Positions 42,208 to 53,020 of a stretch of 64,000 bases of DNA are shown here, piece after piece; position 1 is the first letter of the stretch, and each line of letters begins with the position of its first letter. The DNA comes from a virus, in IMG/VR virus record IMGVR_UViG_3300044959_000131, positions 1-64,000 of that record; one strand, written 5' to 3'. Both the position numbers and the translations under genes were made by a program. The notes beneath the pieces were generated by a model. The model ran no database searches, was not told the DNA's origin, and saw only the letters and a list, made by a program, of their open reading frames with translations.

Positions 42208-44388
42208 ATGAGGTCTGTGTCAGACCAATCTCGATTCCTCCTATCCAGGAGAGTTGCAGAAGCTAGACGTTCCGGGGCGATGTCTCCGGATGCAGAAGCC
42301 CTGGCATTGTTCGAGAGCATTGCACTTAATCTCCTGCTGCATCCAAGAAGCGTTCTTCTCTTCGCCATCCTCGCTAAAAATGGCTTGAGGAAGGCAGTTC
42401 TCGACGAACGGTCTGTTATTTCAGATATCAAGTCTGCTCTCGAAGACATCGGAAACGTAAGCTTAGATGTCACTTCGACAAAGCATCTGAAGACAGCTCG
42501 TAATGCACTTCTTCGGCTTGAGGAACTCGACCGAATCTCTACGGACCACAATCAGTACAAGAAGTTCGATGCGTCGGTTTCGGAGTTTCTCAACAATGTA
42601 ATCTCGAAGAGCGTCCGTAGGCCTGGAGCCACAAGCCTGGTGCGTCCTGGAACAGAGGCGAGCCTGGACTTCGCATCGTCTTTAGATTTGCTGACTGAAC
42701 TTCACTCGGATCTACTTGACCGTCTCTATGCCATTGCAGTCGGCGTCAACAACTTCTTGACGTCTCCGATATCGACGGTCATTGGTGTGACAACGGCGGC
42801 GAGGGCCAGATCCGACATAGAAGATATCATTCAAAAAATCGAGGAGAATGGAAGTGCTCCGGCTGATAGAGACATGGCCATACGTCTCATTACCGATAGA
42901 GCCGCTGTGAAGGCCATTGGCTCTCTGCCCAACATCTTCGATCCAGTCATTGATTCTACAAGGCAATTACCTCTCACTTACAGTCTGAGAGCAGCGAGCG
43001 ATTTGTCGAGAGCATCCGTCAAATCGCTCCAAGGACCGTTTGTACTTCCGGCACTCGCAAAGATTGCCATCACTGTAAACGGGACGTCGATTCCTTTAAC
43101 AAGCTTTCCTCAGACGGATGTCGACCTCAACAACAAAGCTGCCATCGTAGGGAACCCTGTCAGCTTCCCAATTTCTATTCCTCCGAACAGCTACCTTTTT
43201 GTCATCGTTAATGATACATCTCACAAGATTGGCCCTCTGACACCAGGTTCAATTTCGAAGAGCGCCTTCCTTGCCGACATCGCAGCAAAAATCTCAAGCT
43301 CAACACTCTCCGGAGAGTTGGTCGTAAAGGAATTCGTCAAGCCTGGTACAGACCGTATTCTCATCTATGCCAACACGGCGTCCAAGCTTCGAATCGTCGA
43401 CCTCCACGTTGGTAATGACACGGACATCATCGGAGGAAGTGAGGCTACTACACCAAGTCGTGCCATTTACGACAGGTCGATCCATGGACTCATCGGATTC
43501 GAAGGGACAGAAATCGGATACGCTGGCGCAACTACGTTACAGGTCGTAGTAGATGCGCTGAATTACATCTTCGGTTCCATTGTCACAGTCACTCGTAACG
43601 ATGATTCGAGATTCACATTAACAACAAACTCATCGTCGATTGGGACGTCGATGACCATCGATGCTCCTACTGTCTTGGGAATCTCTGGCACCTTCAAGGC
43701 GTCTTCTCCGACGTTCAGACTGTACGGAACTGTAAATGGCGTACCGACTGACCCAGTGAGCCCGGTTGGATTGTTGGACATCGGAGATGTAGTCGAGACT
43801 CCAACTGGTTCAGGGAAGGTTGTTGGTGTCACAAAGTCACGTGTAACTCTGTCCAACTCAATTCCAACATTCGATGGTAATATCGTCGTCAAAAGCGCAC
43901 TTACGATTGCCTATCAATCACTGGAATCGATGTTGCGGCCGTTTCTTGAGAAATGGCTCAATGAAGAATTCGCAAGTGACTTGCGGAAGTTGATCATTGC
44001 AGCCTCTTCAATACGAGCCGGGTCTCCGCAGTCCCAGAGGAATGTTGTTCTAGATTTTCTGAATCGACTTGATCAACAGCTTGCAGATCTTCTATCGAGG
44101 CTCGATGACCCGTCTACAGTCCTTCCGAGCCAATCGGCATCGAAGGAGAGAATCATCGTTGACGGAATAACCACTTCTTTGGAGGAGAGGAAGTTTGATA
44201 GGGCTTTGGATCTTTTCCTACGCTGCAAAATCCAAGAGGCCCTTGAGTCAACTTTAGATACAGCTTCCTATGGAGGGTCCCTTCTCAAAGCGATTTCTGA
44301 TTTTGCCAGGACGGATATGGTCGTTCCAAATCGCGCTTTGGACGAGGGTCTTGAGAGTACTCATTCACAGGATATCAAGGGTCTATGA
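42208..44388 (+). CDS. putative virion structural protein
   Basis: 726 aa in the structural operon. Confidence 0.55.
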   Translation: MRSVSDQSRFLLSRRVAEARRSGAMSPDAEALALFESIALNLLLHPRSVLLFAILAKNGLRKAVLDERSVISDIKSALEDIGNVSLDVTSTKHLKTARNALLRLEELDRISTDHNQYKKFDASVSEFLNNVISKSVRRPGATSLVRPGTEASLDFASSLDLLTELHSDLLDRLYAIAVGVNNFLTSPISTVIGVTTAARARSDIEDIIQKIEENGSAPADRDMAIRLITDRAAVKAIGSLPNIFDPVIDSTRQLPLTYSLRAASDLSRASVKSLQGPFVLPALAKIAITVNGTSIPLTSFPQTDVDLNNKAAIVGNPVSFPISIPPNSYLFVIVNDTSHKIGPLTPGSISKSAFLADIAAKISSSTLSGELVVKEFVKPGTDRILIYANTASKLRIVDLHVGNDTDIIGGSEATTPSRAIYDRSIHGLIGFEGTEIGYAGATTLQVVVDALNYIFGSIVTVTRNDDSRFTLTTNSSSIGTSMTIDAPTVLGISGTFKASSPTFRLYGTVNGVPTDPVSPVGLLDIGDVVETPTGSGKVVGVTKSRVTLSNSIPTFDGNIVVKSALTIAYQSLESMLRPFLEKWLNEEFASDLRKLIIAASSIRAGSPQSQRNVVLDFLNRLDQQLADLLSRLDDPSTVLPSQSASKERIIVDGITTSLEERKFDRALDLFLRCKIQEALESTLDTASYGGSLLKAISDFARTDMVVPNRALDEGLESTHSQDIKGL

Positions 44389-44699
44389 GCGACTTGAGAA
44401 AGATCCTTCACTCGGCCTACACCTTCATCCGTAGCCAGGAAATAAACAAGGCCACGGCTTCTCTGACTCTTGACCACCTGATCCAAGAACAGATTACGAG
44501 GCTCAAGAAAGGAGAAACACGGGCAGTACTTGATGCAAAGGGCGAGAGCATGGGGAACAGAATCTCGTACCTTGACACTTTGGACTCACTTGAGAAGGAG
44601 CTGAGCGACGTCATCAAGGCAGTACAGAACGCAGGAAATGACCAAGATAAGCTTGCAGAACTCGGTCTTGAGGTTCTCGATAAGGAGACCGAATCGTGA
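44385..44699 (+). CDS. hypothetical protein
   Basis: Overlap-coupled, 104 aa. Confidence 0.7.
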   Translation: MSDLRKILHSAYTFIRSQEINKATASLTLDHLIQEQITRLKKGETRAVLDAKGESMGNRISYLDTLDSLEKELSDVIKAVQNAGNDQDKLAELGLEVLDKETES

Positions 44700-45343
44700 A
44701 AGATTTCAAAATCGTCCACACTAGAAGCCTGCTTGATGTCTACTCGATAGCTCCGATTCGAGGTTTCAGCCCTCCATCCATAGTGGTCGTAGGTCCAGAC
44801 ATGGCTTCAGCGAGTGAAGTCATTTACAATGGTATCTTGGCGACCGAGTTCATTGTATCTTCGCCAACAAGACTAATCGTCCGAATTCCGCCAACTCAGG
44901 TTGGTAAGGACCTTACAGACTTCAAGGTTTTTGCGTCAAAGCCAGTTCTTCGTGGAGATGCGTCACTTGTCTTGGAACTTTCAAAACCACTTCAGTCCGT
45001 ATCAGGGATGGACAGACTTGTTCAGAGCTGGGTGATGATTTTCCTGACGACTCCTGGCTCAGATGTGTTCTCTCCGCAGAGCGGTGGTGGAGCAATGTCA
45101 ATCATCGGCGCACCAATTAATAGAAGGGGGAAGAGCGCGGCTGCGGATTTAAGCCTCGCAATCGACAATACACAAAGAGAGCTCATCAAGCTCCAATCTC
45201 AAACTCGAGGTATTCCACCGGAAGAACGTCTCTTGTCGAGCTCTCTTGAATCTATCGTGTCAGACGAGTCGACAGGAACATTGTCAGCTCGGGTTTTGAT
45301 CAAAAACATGGTAAACCAAACCGCCCAAGTATCGCTGAGCTAA
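44696..45343 (+). CDS. baseplate wedge protein, gp25-like, with N-terminal IPT-like domain
   Basis: SVSGMDRLVQSWVMIFLTTPGSDVFSPQSGGG; immediately upstream of the J-like gene. Confidence 0.65.
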   Translation: MKDFKIVHTRSLLDVYSIAPIRGFSPPSIVVVGPDMASASEVIYNGILATEFIVSSPTRLIVRIPPTQVGKDLTDFKVFASKPVLRGDASLVLELSKPLQSVSGMDRLVQSWVMIFLTTPGSDVFSPQSGGGAMSIIGAPINRRGKSAAADLSLAIDNTQRELIKLQSQTRGIPPEERLLSSSLESIVSDESTGTLSARVLIKNMVNQTAQVSLS

Positions 45344-45346
45344 ACA

Positions 45347-48300
45347 ATGGCCAAGTCAAACCTCAGATCATTCTTAGAAGATCGTCTACGGTCTCTTGAC
45401 CCTACTATTGACCTTAGTCCTGGGTCTCCGGCTCAGGTCCAGTTTATCGAACCTGTTCTGAAGTACCTTGGAACTGATCCGTTCGAGACTGATATTGACT
45501 CATTTATCACCGACAGGTTCGCTCAAGAGTTCCCAGACATCTTCGCCGGGGATCCAGGTGTCGTACGGGACATCTTTATCAAGCCTCTCATCCTACTTCT
45601 CGAGCCTTTCAAGCGAGAGACGGAAGCCATCAAGAGGAACCAGTCTCTAAAAGACCCGACTGTCCTATCAGACGAGGATGCTGATGCCCTCGTTGCAAAC
45701 GTCTTCGATGAACGAGATTCTGGATCATTCGCGACCGGGACCGCGAGGGTTATTTTTCCGAACCCGACAAACGTCCAGATCGAAATTACCACTCGGTTCT
45801 TCACCGCCGACGGATTGAGCTACTACCCAACAAATCCCATCTCCATCACTGCAGAGGAGATGGCATTTAACAAGACTGGCACACAGTACTTCATCGACGT
45901 TCCTGTAAAGGCCGAGAAGCAAGGATCGGAGTACAATATCGACGTTGGGACTCTCTCTGGAGTGGATGGCCTCTTCGGAGCCGTCCGAGTCACGAATCTA
46001 CACAAGTTTGAGAACGGAACAGCCAAGGTCGACACACCAACATTCATTGCACAAGCCAGAGAGGCAATGAATGAGAGATCCCTTGTTACGAGACGTGGAG
46101 CCACGGCTCGAATTGGTGATGTCTTTCAGACAGAGATCAGAGCTATTCAAGTAATCGGAGCCAAAGATCCAGAGATGGAGAGAGATATCTTAGTTGCTCT
46201 TTCCCCTGGACATCAGTGGATTACTGGCGTCGTCTCTTTTTGGAAGAAGATGGCCCTTGTTCGTGCAAGAACGATCGAGGGAGACGAAACAGACATCCCT
46301 GTTCCAGGAGATACACTTTACTGCTATCTCCCTAAGTCATTATTTCCAGCACTGGATCAGAGGTCACGTCTCGTAAGGTTGAAGGTTGAGCAGTTATACA
46401 TCGGACCTCTACCTATATCATCGCCATATCAGACGATGTACATCGTTCAGTGGTCCGGGAGCTTCCCGCCTGGCGTGGTCATCGCCGACGGAAGTTCTTT
46501 TGAAGGTGGCTTCTCTAAGAAGGGAAACATCGCCATCAGATCTCTCCCAGGACTTGGTTCTACGAGTATCACCGTACCAAACGGAGAGGTTCATGTATTT
46601 GGCCATACAGACTTCTACGTGCGGCCAATACTTCAGAAGACCTCGACCGCTATCATCAATGAACTCGCAGATAGCAGGTCAATAGTGGAGAGACTGACAC
46701 TCCAAACATTTGGTCTGACAACGGAGAAGAACAAGGTACAGGACACTGGGGCTCCCTCAATTGACTTTGTAAGTCTTGGCGTAGAGCCAGGAGACCTTCT
46801 CAGCATCGAGACAGGAGACGACACCGGCGTATACACCATTCGCGAGGTTACACCTTCGACTTTGTGGCTCGGATCGAATCTTACAAAGTCTCAGTCAAAC
46901 ATTAGATACCGAATTATCAAGAGCATCACCATAGACCCATTCGAGCCAAAGATTCACAAGTTCCCGTTTGCATCTATACTAGCCAACGATTTGCAAACGA
47001 CAATCGGTTCGAACCTCTTCAAGCTCACGTCAAACGACATGACAAGTTTTGGCGTGAAAGTAGGGGATGTCATCAGGGTAAAAAGCGATATTATCGCTGG
47101 CGACTACACGATAGTTGGATTCGACTCAGTTCTCGGTGGACGAGGTCTTCTCGTAGACAGGAAGGCGTCAGCGACGATATCAGGTCTGCAGTACGAGATT
47201 TTCACTCCGCTTGAAAAGATTGAAAGGCCGCTTGTCAGAATCAAGGACATCACTCTTCTAGACTCCGCTGGTCAAGCAACTGGCATCTCAATTCCACTTG
47301 CACAGCCAGTTGGAGTCGTACCAACAAGTAACTTCTCCTCTGCAAGAGTTCGCGGATCCAGCCAGAGACGAAGTGGATTTGTACTACCGAGCTTCAAGAC
47401 CACACCTTTCACAACATACCTTTCTGGAGGACCGGTAAGTGCTCCATCAGGAGACCGTAGATACTCACTTGGATTTGACACTCCAGAAGGGTGGTACTTC
47501 CCGGTCCAATTTGCCGACTTGACGTACGCTGAGTTGGACTACAGAGCAAATCCGTTATCTGGCAAAGGGGATCAGCTTGAACCAGCAAGTTACTTTGTCT
47601 GCGTAGCTGAAGAACTCGATGATTCAGAGAACTTCCCGCCGATCGATCCGAAGCCTGGAGAGTGCCTGAGCATCAAAAACGGCCCGAACAAGGGAAATTA
47701 CATCATCAAGGACGTCATCAAATTCAAGCATCGTCTTACGGCTCCATCGAGGACCGTTTGGACATACTTCATCAAAATCTATGGCTCCTTCCCTGTTGAC
47801 GTTCTCGGCCAACTCTTTGACTTCTTGAACGACGTCGGAGGCGCGGCCGCAGTAACAGAACTGCCGATAACGGGAACCGTCCCTTACCCAGACTTCTTCA
47901 AGAACCTCTACAACTCGCTCGGTACGAAAATTCATGCCGCGCTTTCCATTCTTGGAGTCTCTAGTCCTCCATCTGCAAGCGATCTTCAGGCGGCCCTCGA
48001 TTCGCTTGTCTTCAGCGATTATGACTGGGGAGACCCAGCCCGAGGTGTACTACGTACGTTCTTCCAGAGCCCTACTCTCTTTGAGCAGAGAACAGGTGAT
48101 AAAAACCCAACGACGTACAGCTTCGTCACCAAATCCGGTGAAACAATTCGATTCAGGTGCGACACCAATCGGTACAGGAAGCAGGAGATCATTCCTCCAA
48201 GACTGACGTCTGATGCAGATCCTTTGGACTATCCAAGAGATCTCGACGTTGCGATAACTCTCACCTACTCGGCTCAGACATCGAACTTCACGGTCGGCAA

Positions 48301-50026
48301 GAAATTGACTGGACAGTCGAGTGGGGCATCAGCAATCATCATCGCTGATACCGATTCTGGTTCCACAGGAACACTAACCCTGAAGAACGTAGTCGGAGCA
48401 TTCGAGCCTGGAGAAGTAATCGTCGACGATAATGCTGTTCCTGGTAGTGCTACGGCTGGGTCGGTTGGTGCATCGAATATCGTCAACTTTACCGACATCT
48501 CTCGACCATCGATCTTCTCTCTTGGGGTCGTCCCTGGAGATGTCCTTTCTGTGCATGAGGAGATCTTCTTCCACGGAACAGACAATAGCCGTCAGACAGC
48601 TGTTCAGACGATTGCTGGGACCCCTCAAATCACAGCTCCATCGACATCTGGAAACATCTTCACTCCCGACATGGTTGGCAACTTGCTCTACATCGAACAA
48701 GGGCAAGACGCTGGTGCCTACCGCGTCGTCAAGTTCATCGATGGTAGAAACATTGTTCTCGATAAAGCCCTGACAGAGTCGACTCCGACAATCCTAGCAC
48801 AGGGTATTTTGACCTCTTGGGGGCACGATGGTGGGGCCAATAAAATCATGTCCGTTCCTCCACCTCCTTCTCCTCCATTCGACTTCAGCCCATACATAGG
48901 GAAGTTCATCACCATCTATGGGATGAGCTACAAGTTCCAAGGCTCTTACGAGATTACTGGAGCCCCTGCTCTTGGTGCATGTATCATCTCGAAACCGTCT
49001 CCAGACTTCCCAGGATCGCCCATACTTCACTCTGAGACGGACGCGCATTGGGTCATTACTGATGCCCCGGTCTCCCCTCCAGCAACATCTGAGAGTGGTA
49101 CTGAACTCTACGCTTTGCGTCCGATTCGGATGTACAAGTCGGCCGCAAAAGACATTGTGATAACTTCTAGAGTCAACAACGACCTGTCTCTATCTCAGGC
49201 CGTCATAGCGACTTCTCCAACCTTGACGCCCGGTCTCAGGCAGCCTTTCAGGATCTATCGAAAGGACGTTCGTCGTGTAACTCCATCAGAGATGGAAGAG
49301 AACAGGTTCGGTCAGCTTGTGTACTTCGACACCGAGGTGAGCTCTTTATCACCGTATGAATCGGCAAACATCGATGCGGAGTCGTTCCTAACTGTCGATG
49401 AGGGAACGTACTCCTCATTTGGGTACAGACACCACCCGGACGACAGAACACTGACCTACTCGATGAAGGAGAGCGGTACTCTGAGTATTTCTCCACGTAT
49501 CCTACCGGTTGGAAGTCCGGATAGCGAGGATAATTTCATCAATCTCCTAGGCTCGTCGGTGAGGGTCACCTACGAGAGGTCAGACTTGGTAGAGAAGGTC
49601 CAAGAGTTCGCTGATTCCGCTCAAGACCGTGTTACGTCAGCAAACATCTTGGTCCGGCACTTCCTGCCTGCTTATGTCTCGTATGATGCAGAGTACTTTG
49701 GAGGAAGCGCTCCTAGTGTCATTGCATCGGATATAATCAATTACATCGACAATCTACCTGTTGAGCAGCCGCTGGACGTCTCAGAGATTCAAGACTTGAT
49801 ATCAAGACGTGGTGGCAACATAGTCACTCCAACGACTGTTCAGATTCTAATTCATGACTGGTCGAGGAGAGTATGGCTTGAGTTCAGCTCTAATCAGGTT
49901 GGTGGGACTGTTACCAAGGTACCATACGATGGTACTCCTCGGGTCTCATTCTTCATCCCAGGTCCGGATGTTTCTGGGCAAGACCCAATCCCTGAAGGAG
50001 AGCGAATCAATCTGACTCGGTATTAG
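45347..50026 (+). CDS. baseplate J/gp6-like wedge protein (very large)
   Basis: N-terminus IDLSPGS..., ATGTARVIF, VPVKAEKQGSEYNIDVG, VTNLHKFENGT...; 1559 aa. Confidence 0.7.
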   Translation: MAKSNLRSFLEDRLRSLDPTIDLSPGSPAQVQFIEPVLKYLGTDPFETDIDSFITDRFAQEFPDIFAGDPGVVRDIFIKPLILLLEPFKRETEAIKRNQSLKDPTVLSDEDADALVANVFDERDSGSFATGTARVIFPNPTNVQIEITTRFFTADGLSYYPTNPISITAEEMAFNKTGTQYFIDVPVKAEKQGSEYNIDVGTLSGVDGLFGAVRVTNLHKFENGTAKVDTPTFIAQAREAMNERSLVTRRGATARIGDVFQTEIRAIQVIGAKDPEMERDILVALSPGHQWITGVVSFWKKMALVRARTIEGDETDIPVPGDTLYCYLPKSLFPALDQRSRLVRLKVEQLYIGPLPISSPYQTMYIVQWSGSFPPGVVIADGSSFEGGFSKKGNIAIRSLPGLGSTSITVPNGEVHVFGHTDFYVRPILQKTSTAIINELADSRSIVERLTLQTFGLTTEKNKVQDTGAPSIDFVSLGVEPGDLLSIETGDDTGVYTIREVTPSTLWLGSNLTKSQSNIRYRIIKSITIDPFEPKIHKFPFASILANDLQTTIGSNLFKLTSNDMTSFGVKVGDVIRVKSDIIAGDYTIVGFDSVLGGRGLLVDRKASATISGLQYEIFTPLEKIERPLVRIKDITLLDSAGQATGISIPLAQPVGVVPTSNFSSARVRGSSQRRSGFVLPSFKTTPFTTYLSGGPVSAPSGDRRYSLGFDTPEGWYFPVQFADLTYAELDYRANPLSGKGDQLEPASYFVCVAEELDDSENFPPIDPKPGECLSIKNGPNKGNYIIKDVIKFKHRLTAPSRTVWTYFIKIYGSFPVDVLGQLFDFLNDVGGAAAVTELPITGTVPYPDFFKNLYNSLGTKIHAALSILGVSSPPSASDLQAALDSLVFSDYDWGDPARGVLRTFFQSPTLFEQRTGDKNPTTYSFVTKSGETIRFRCDTNRYRKQEIIPPRLTSDADPLDYPRDLDVAITLTYSAQTSNFTVGKKLTGQSSGASAIIIADTDSGSTGTLTLKNVVGAFEPGEVIVDDNAVPGSATAGSVGASNIVNFTDISRPSIFSLGVVPGDVLSVHEEIFFHGTDNSRQTAVQTIAGTPQITAPSTSGNIFTPDMVGNLLYIEQGQDAGAYRVVKFIDGRNIVLDKALTESTPTILAQGILTSWGHDGGANKIMSVPPPPSPPFDFSPYIGKFITIYGMSYKFQGSYEITGAPALGACIISKPSPDFPGSPILHSETDAHWVITDAPVSPPATSESGTELYALRPIRMYKSAAKDIVITSRVNNDLSLSQAVIATSPTLTPGLRQPFRIYRKDVRRVTPSEMEENRFGQLVYFDTEVSSLSPYESANIDAESFLTVDEGTYSSFGYRHHPDDRTLTYSMKESGTLSISPRILPVGSPDSEDNFINLLGSSVRVTYERSDLVEKVQEFADSAQDRVTSANILVRHFLPAYVSYDAEYFGGSAPSVIASDIINYIDNLPVEQPLDVSEIQDLISRRGGNIVTPTTVQILIHDWSRRVWLEFSSNQVGGTVTKVPYDGTPRVSFFIPGPDVSGQDPIPEGERINLTRY

Positions 50027-50285
50027 CCCGAGTGACAATGTTGCTATAAGGATCAAACTCTGATTGACACTGGACGCATTTGAGGAGCTTGTTTGGTAGT
50101 GGTACTCCGGCGGTGAAGGGGTTTTTCGTGTTCAAGAATACTTCGTGGTTGCGTGAGCCACAGACAGGACACGAAGAATTTCTGAAGAAGGCATCTTCCT
50201 TCTTCGCCATCGGTGTGAGTACATCTTCATGTCCTTCAAGCGCCTTTATGATGATTTCTGGATCCAACTCTCTGAACGCGGGCAT
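50007..50285 (-). CDS. small Zn-ribbon protein, antisense within the structural operon
   Basis: CPVCG...CVQC; AAGGAG SD; mostly in the inter-gene gap. Confidence 0.7.
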   Translation of the reverse strand: MPAFRELDPEIIIKALEGHEDVLTPMAKKEDAFFRNSSCPVCGSRNHEVFLNTKNPFTAGVPLPNKLLKCVQCQSEFDPYSNIVTRANTESD

Positions 50286-50308
50286 CTACGGCTCCTTGTG
50301 AGGTTTCA

Positions 50309-53020
50309 GTGGGTCTTCGACTCGTAAATACAGCACCCGGAGAGGTTACCGACCCGATCAAACCTGGTCAGCTCATTCACATGGGTTTGAAGTCTGAAAC
50401 CCTCTCTGTGCAGCTCGCAAGCGTAAATGTCGATATTGGTCTGTCTAGCTTCTGCCACTTTGGAACTCTACCAGAAGATAGTACTAAGCTGGCTGATATC
50501 GGGGTCATCCAATCTTTCGAGACCTCCGAGCGTCGTCGACCTATTACTGGAGAAGTTGCGAAGTCTCTATCGGCTGGTAGCATTGTTCTCACCAAGACAT
50601 CGAACAGTCTTGGTGAAAAGGGAATCTACGAGCTCAAGATTCCTATCACTCCCGTCAGCTCTATACTTGCATACTTCAAGTTTCGAAAGAAGTCTGCTTG
50701 GACGACCTATAACCCGGATTGGTGCAGCCTCACTAACATGGTGGGGATGTACTTTGGGGTTGAGCACGGGACGTTCAATACTGCTGCCTATGCCTTTTTG
50801 AGGGACAACGGAAGCGGAGGCTCAATCGTCTTCTGTGGTCCTTTGCAATCCTACAACACTGCACGACCTGGGCAGATAGAGCTCGCAACGGATCTAGACC
50901 CTGCAAGCGCGGGCTCTCAGGGATGGATGAGTCTTGCAGATAACGCAGTTATCGAGCTCTTCATCCGGATCAATACCTACACAAACCCATTTAGAGCAGA
51001 GCTGTGGACGAGGATTGCATCGACTCCGGCTCCTGTTTTTCAAGGCAGCATCCCTCTTGCCAGCCTTGGCCAGTTTCCAAATAGCGTATTTACGAACTCC
51101 AGGTCAGGTACGTCAGAAACAGCAACTCTCTTCTTTGGAAACATTGGCAGAGCCGGAGACGTGCTTCAAATCGACGATTGGGCTCTCTTCCCAGACTTTC
51201 GGACCAATATCAAGTCTGGCATTCCAATGTCGAACTGCGGCAGGCTGATCGTTCCAGACGTACCGATTCTGTACCGAAGCGCGGATAGAAAACTTCCGTC
51301 AGAACTCAAAGTCGCTCGTTGGTTCCAGGTTACCGGTCCTGGTACCATTCAACCAGATCCAAAACTTTTCTACCAACCTGGAACGTACCTAAAACCGGCT
51401 TGGATGAGCCTTACCAAGTCAGAGGCCGGTGTCAAAGCGTTCAAGAGGACTGAGCCTCGGCTTGAGACTATGAGCGATGGGTTCATGGTTGAGGCTTTCC
51501 TAGCCGGTACGAGTAAAAATCGAGATGGTGACTTGGTAGGTCCTGGATTCGTCGTCGAAGATGGGACGCGAGCTTACCGAGTCGTAATGCTTGAGACATC
51601 GTCTCAAAAGCTATACGGTCTACACTCGTCCGGGCCAGTGACGGCGTCGTCGAGCTATTACCTACCTGACCACGAAATAGACTTCAGAAGCCTGAAGCTC
51701 GTACGTCTCACGGTCGATAGATTGAGGTCAAAGGTCTACGTACACGTGGACAACGAGAAAGTTATCGAGGCCCCAATTAATACCAGGCCACAAATCAACT
51801 CTGGTATTCAATCGTTCCCTGTTACGAACGTCAGCGGGAATGATCTCATCATCGATGTGACGACAGACGGTGGGGCCTCGTGGACTCCTCACACGCATAC
51901 CTTTTCGTCGAACCCAACAAGCATCTCTGCAATCGTCTCAGAACTGAATGGAGATGCTGGGTTTGTTGGAGTCGGACCTTCTCAAATCGAAGCTCTGGAC
52001 AGAGGTAACACTTTCGCGATCAGAACCATTCACTCTGGTCCTCTCATGGGAATCAGAATCAACGGGGCCAGCTCGGCAGTTGGTGTGGGCGGTCTCAATA
52101 TGACCATCCCGAGCACGACGTTTGGTGAGTCTGGTGTGTTCCCGTCCGCATCTGACACAGTCGGAAAAGTCATCTTTGGTCATCCTCTCCAACAGACTTA
52201 CGACGCCGAACTGAAGTTGGCCTCCATCAGCTACATGACTCGGTATCTGGCGTGGGAGGCTGAGGACTCTCTTGCCCCAGACTCTGTAGGAATCGAGCCA
52301 GCCCGTCGATTTAACCTCGTATCTATTGGCGCAGGATCGTCTGATATAGATTCATCAAAGTTGACGATTACGAAGGCCGACTTTTCGAACATCAACGCAA
52401 GGCGCTACTACAAAAAGGACCAGCCATTAAGTAACGTTGGAGGCATCGTCGTAGACTTCGGATTCAGGGTTACTAACTACACCAATCATCTCGGTCGAGT
52501 AAACGCCCCGAACGTTGCTTTGGGAGCCGGGGTCGTCATCTTCTTGGGAGATAAAAGGGTCTTCTTAAATCTATACGATTGTGGGTTGAGTGGAAGGAAG
52601 ATCGGCATCATTCCAGGGTCTGGATCTGAGAATGACATTATCAACCAGACTGAGTTGGGTCTGAAATTCTCGGCTCCAGTCGATTGGACCCGTCACAACT
52701 TCTACAGATTGTCAGTACGAAGCTTCCACGCAATCGAGCTCTGGGCTGGTTCTGTGACTCAGGATCCAATTGTTTCGATACCATGGAGAAACGATATAGA
52801 CGGGTTCGATTTGCCGAATGATCTGACGAGCCCAGGTGTCGCCTTTGGGCACTTTCACTTTTTGACGAGTCCAAGTTCTACTGCCGTAGAGTGGACACAC
52901 TTCAGGTGGGGGTTCTCGAACGGCTACGAAATGGCTCTGAAACAGGAGTACCCAGAAGGGATGCCAAAATATCTGTTTGGCGGAAGGGCCTTCATTCTCA
53001 CCGATTTTGATGAAGCCTAA
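50309..53020 (+). CDS. putative virion structural protein
   Basis: 903 aa, beta-rich; GAGG before GTG. Confidence 0.55.
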   Translation: MGLRLVNTAPGEVTDPIKPGQLIHMGLKSETLSVQLASVNVDIGLSSFCHFGTLPEDSTKLADIGVIQSFETSERRRPITGEVAKSLSAGSIVLTKTSNSLGEKGIYELKIPITPVSSILAYFKFRKKSAWTTYNPDWCSLTNMVGMYFGVEHGTFNTAAYAFLRDNGSGGSIVFCGPLQSYNTARPGQIELATDLDPASAGSQGWMSLADNAVIELFIRINTYTNPFRAELWTRIASTPAPVFQGSIPLASLGQFPNSVFTNSRSGTSETATLFFGNIGRAGDVLQIDDWALFPDFRTNIKSGIPMSNCGRLIVPDVPILYRSADRKLPSELKVARWFQVTGPGTIQPDPKLFYQPGTYLKPAWMSLTKSEAGVKAFKRTEPRLETMSDGFMVEAFLAGTSKNRDGDLVGPGFVVEDGTRAYRVVMLETSSQKLYGLHSSGPVTASSSYYLPDHEIDFRSLKLVRLTVDRLRSKVYVHVDNEKVIEAPINTRPQINSGIQSFPVTNVSGNDLIIDVTTDGGASWTPHTHTFSSNPTSISAIVSELNGDAGFVGVGPSQIEALDRGNTFAIRTIHSGPLMGIRINGASSAVGVGGLNMTIPSTTFGESGVFPSASDTVGKVIFGHPLQQTYDAELKLASISYMTRYLAWEAEDSLAPDSVGIEPARRFNLVSIGAGSSDIDSSKLTITKADFSNINARRYYKKDQPLSNVGGIVVDFGFRVTNYTNHLGRVNAPNVALGAGVVIFLGDKRVFLNLYDCGLSGRKIGIIPGSGSENDIINQTELGLKFSAPVDWTRHNFYRLSVRSFHAIELWAGSVTQDPIVSIPWRNDIDGFDLPNDLTSPGVAFGHFHFLTSPSSTAVEWTHFRWGFSNGYEMALKQEYPEGMPKYLFGGRAFILTDFDEA

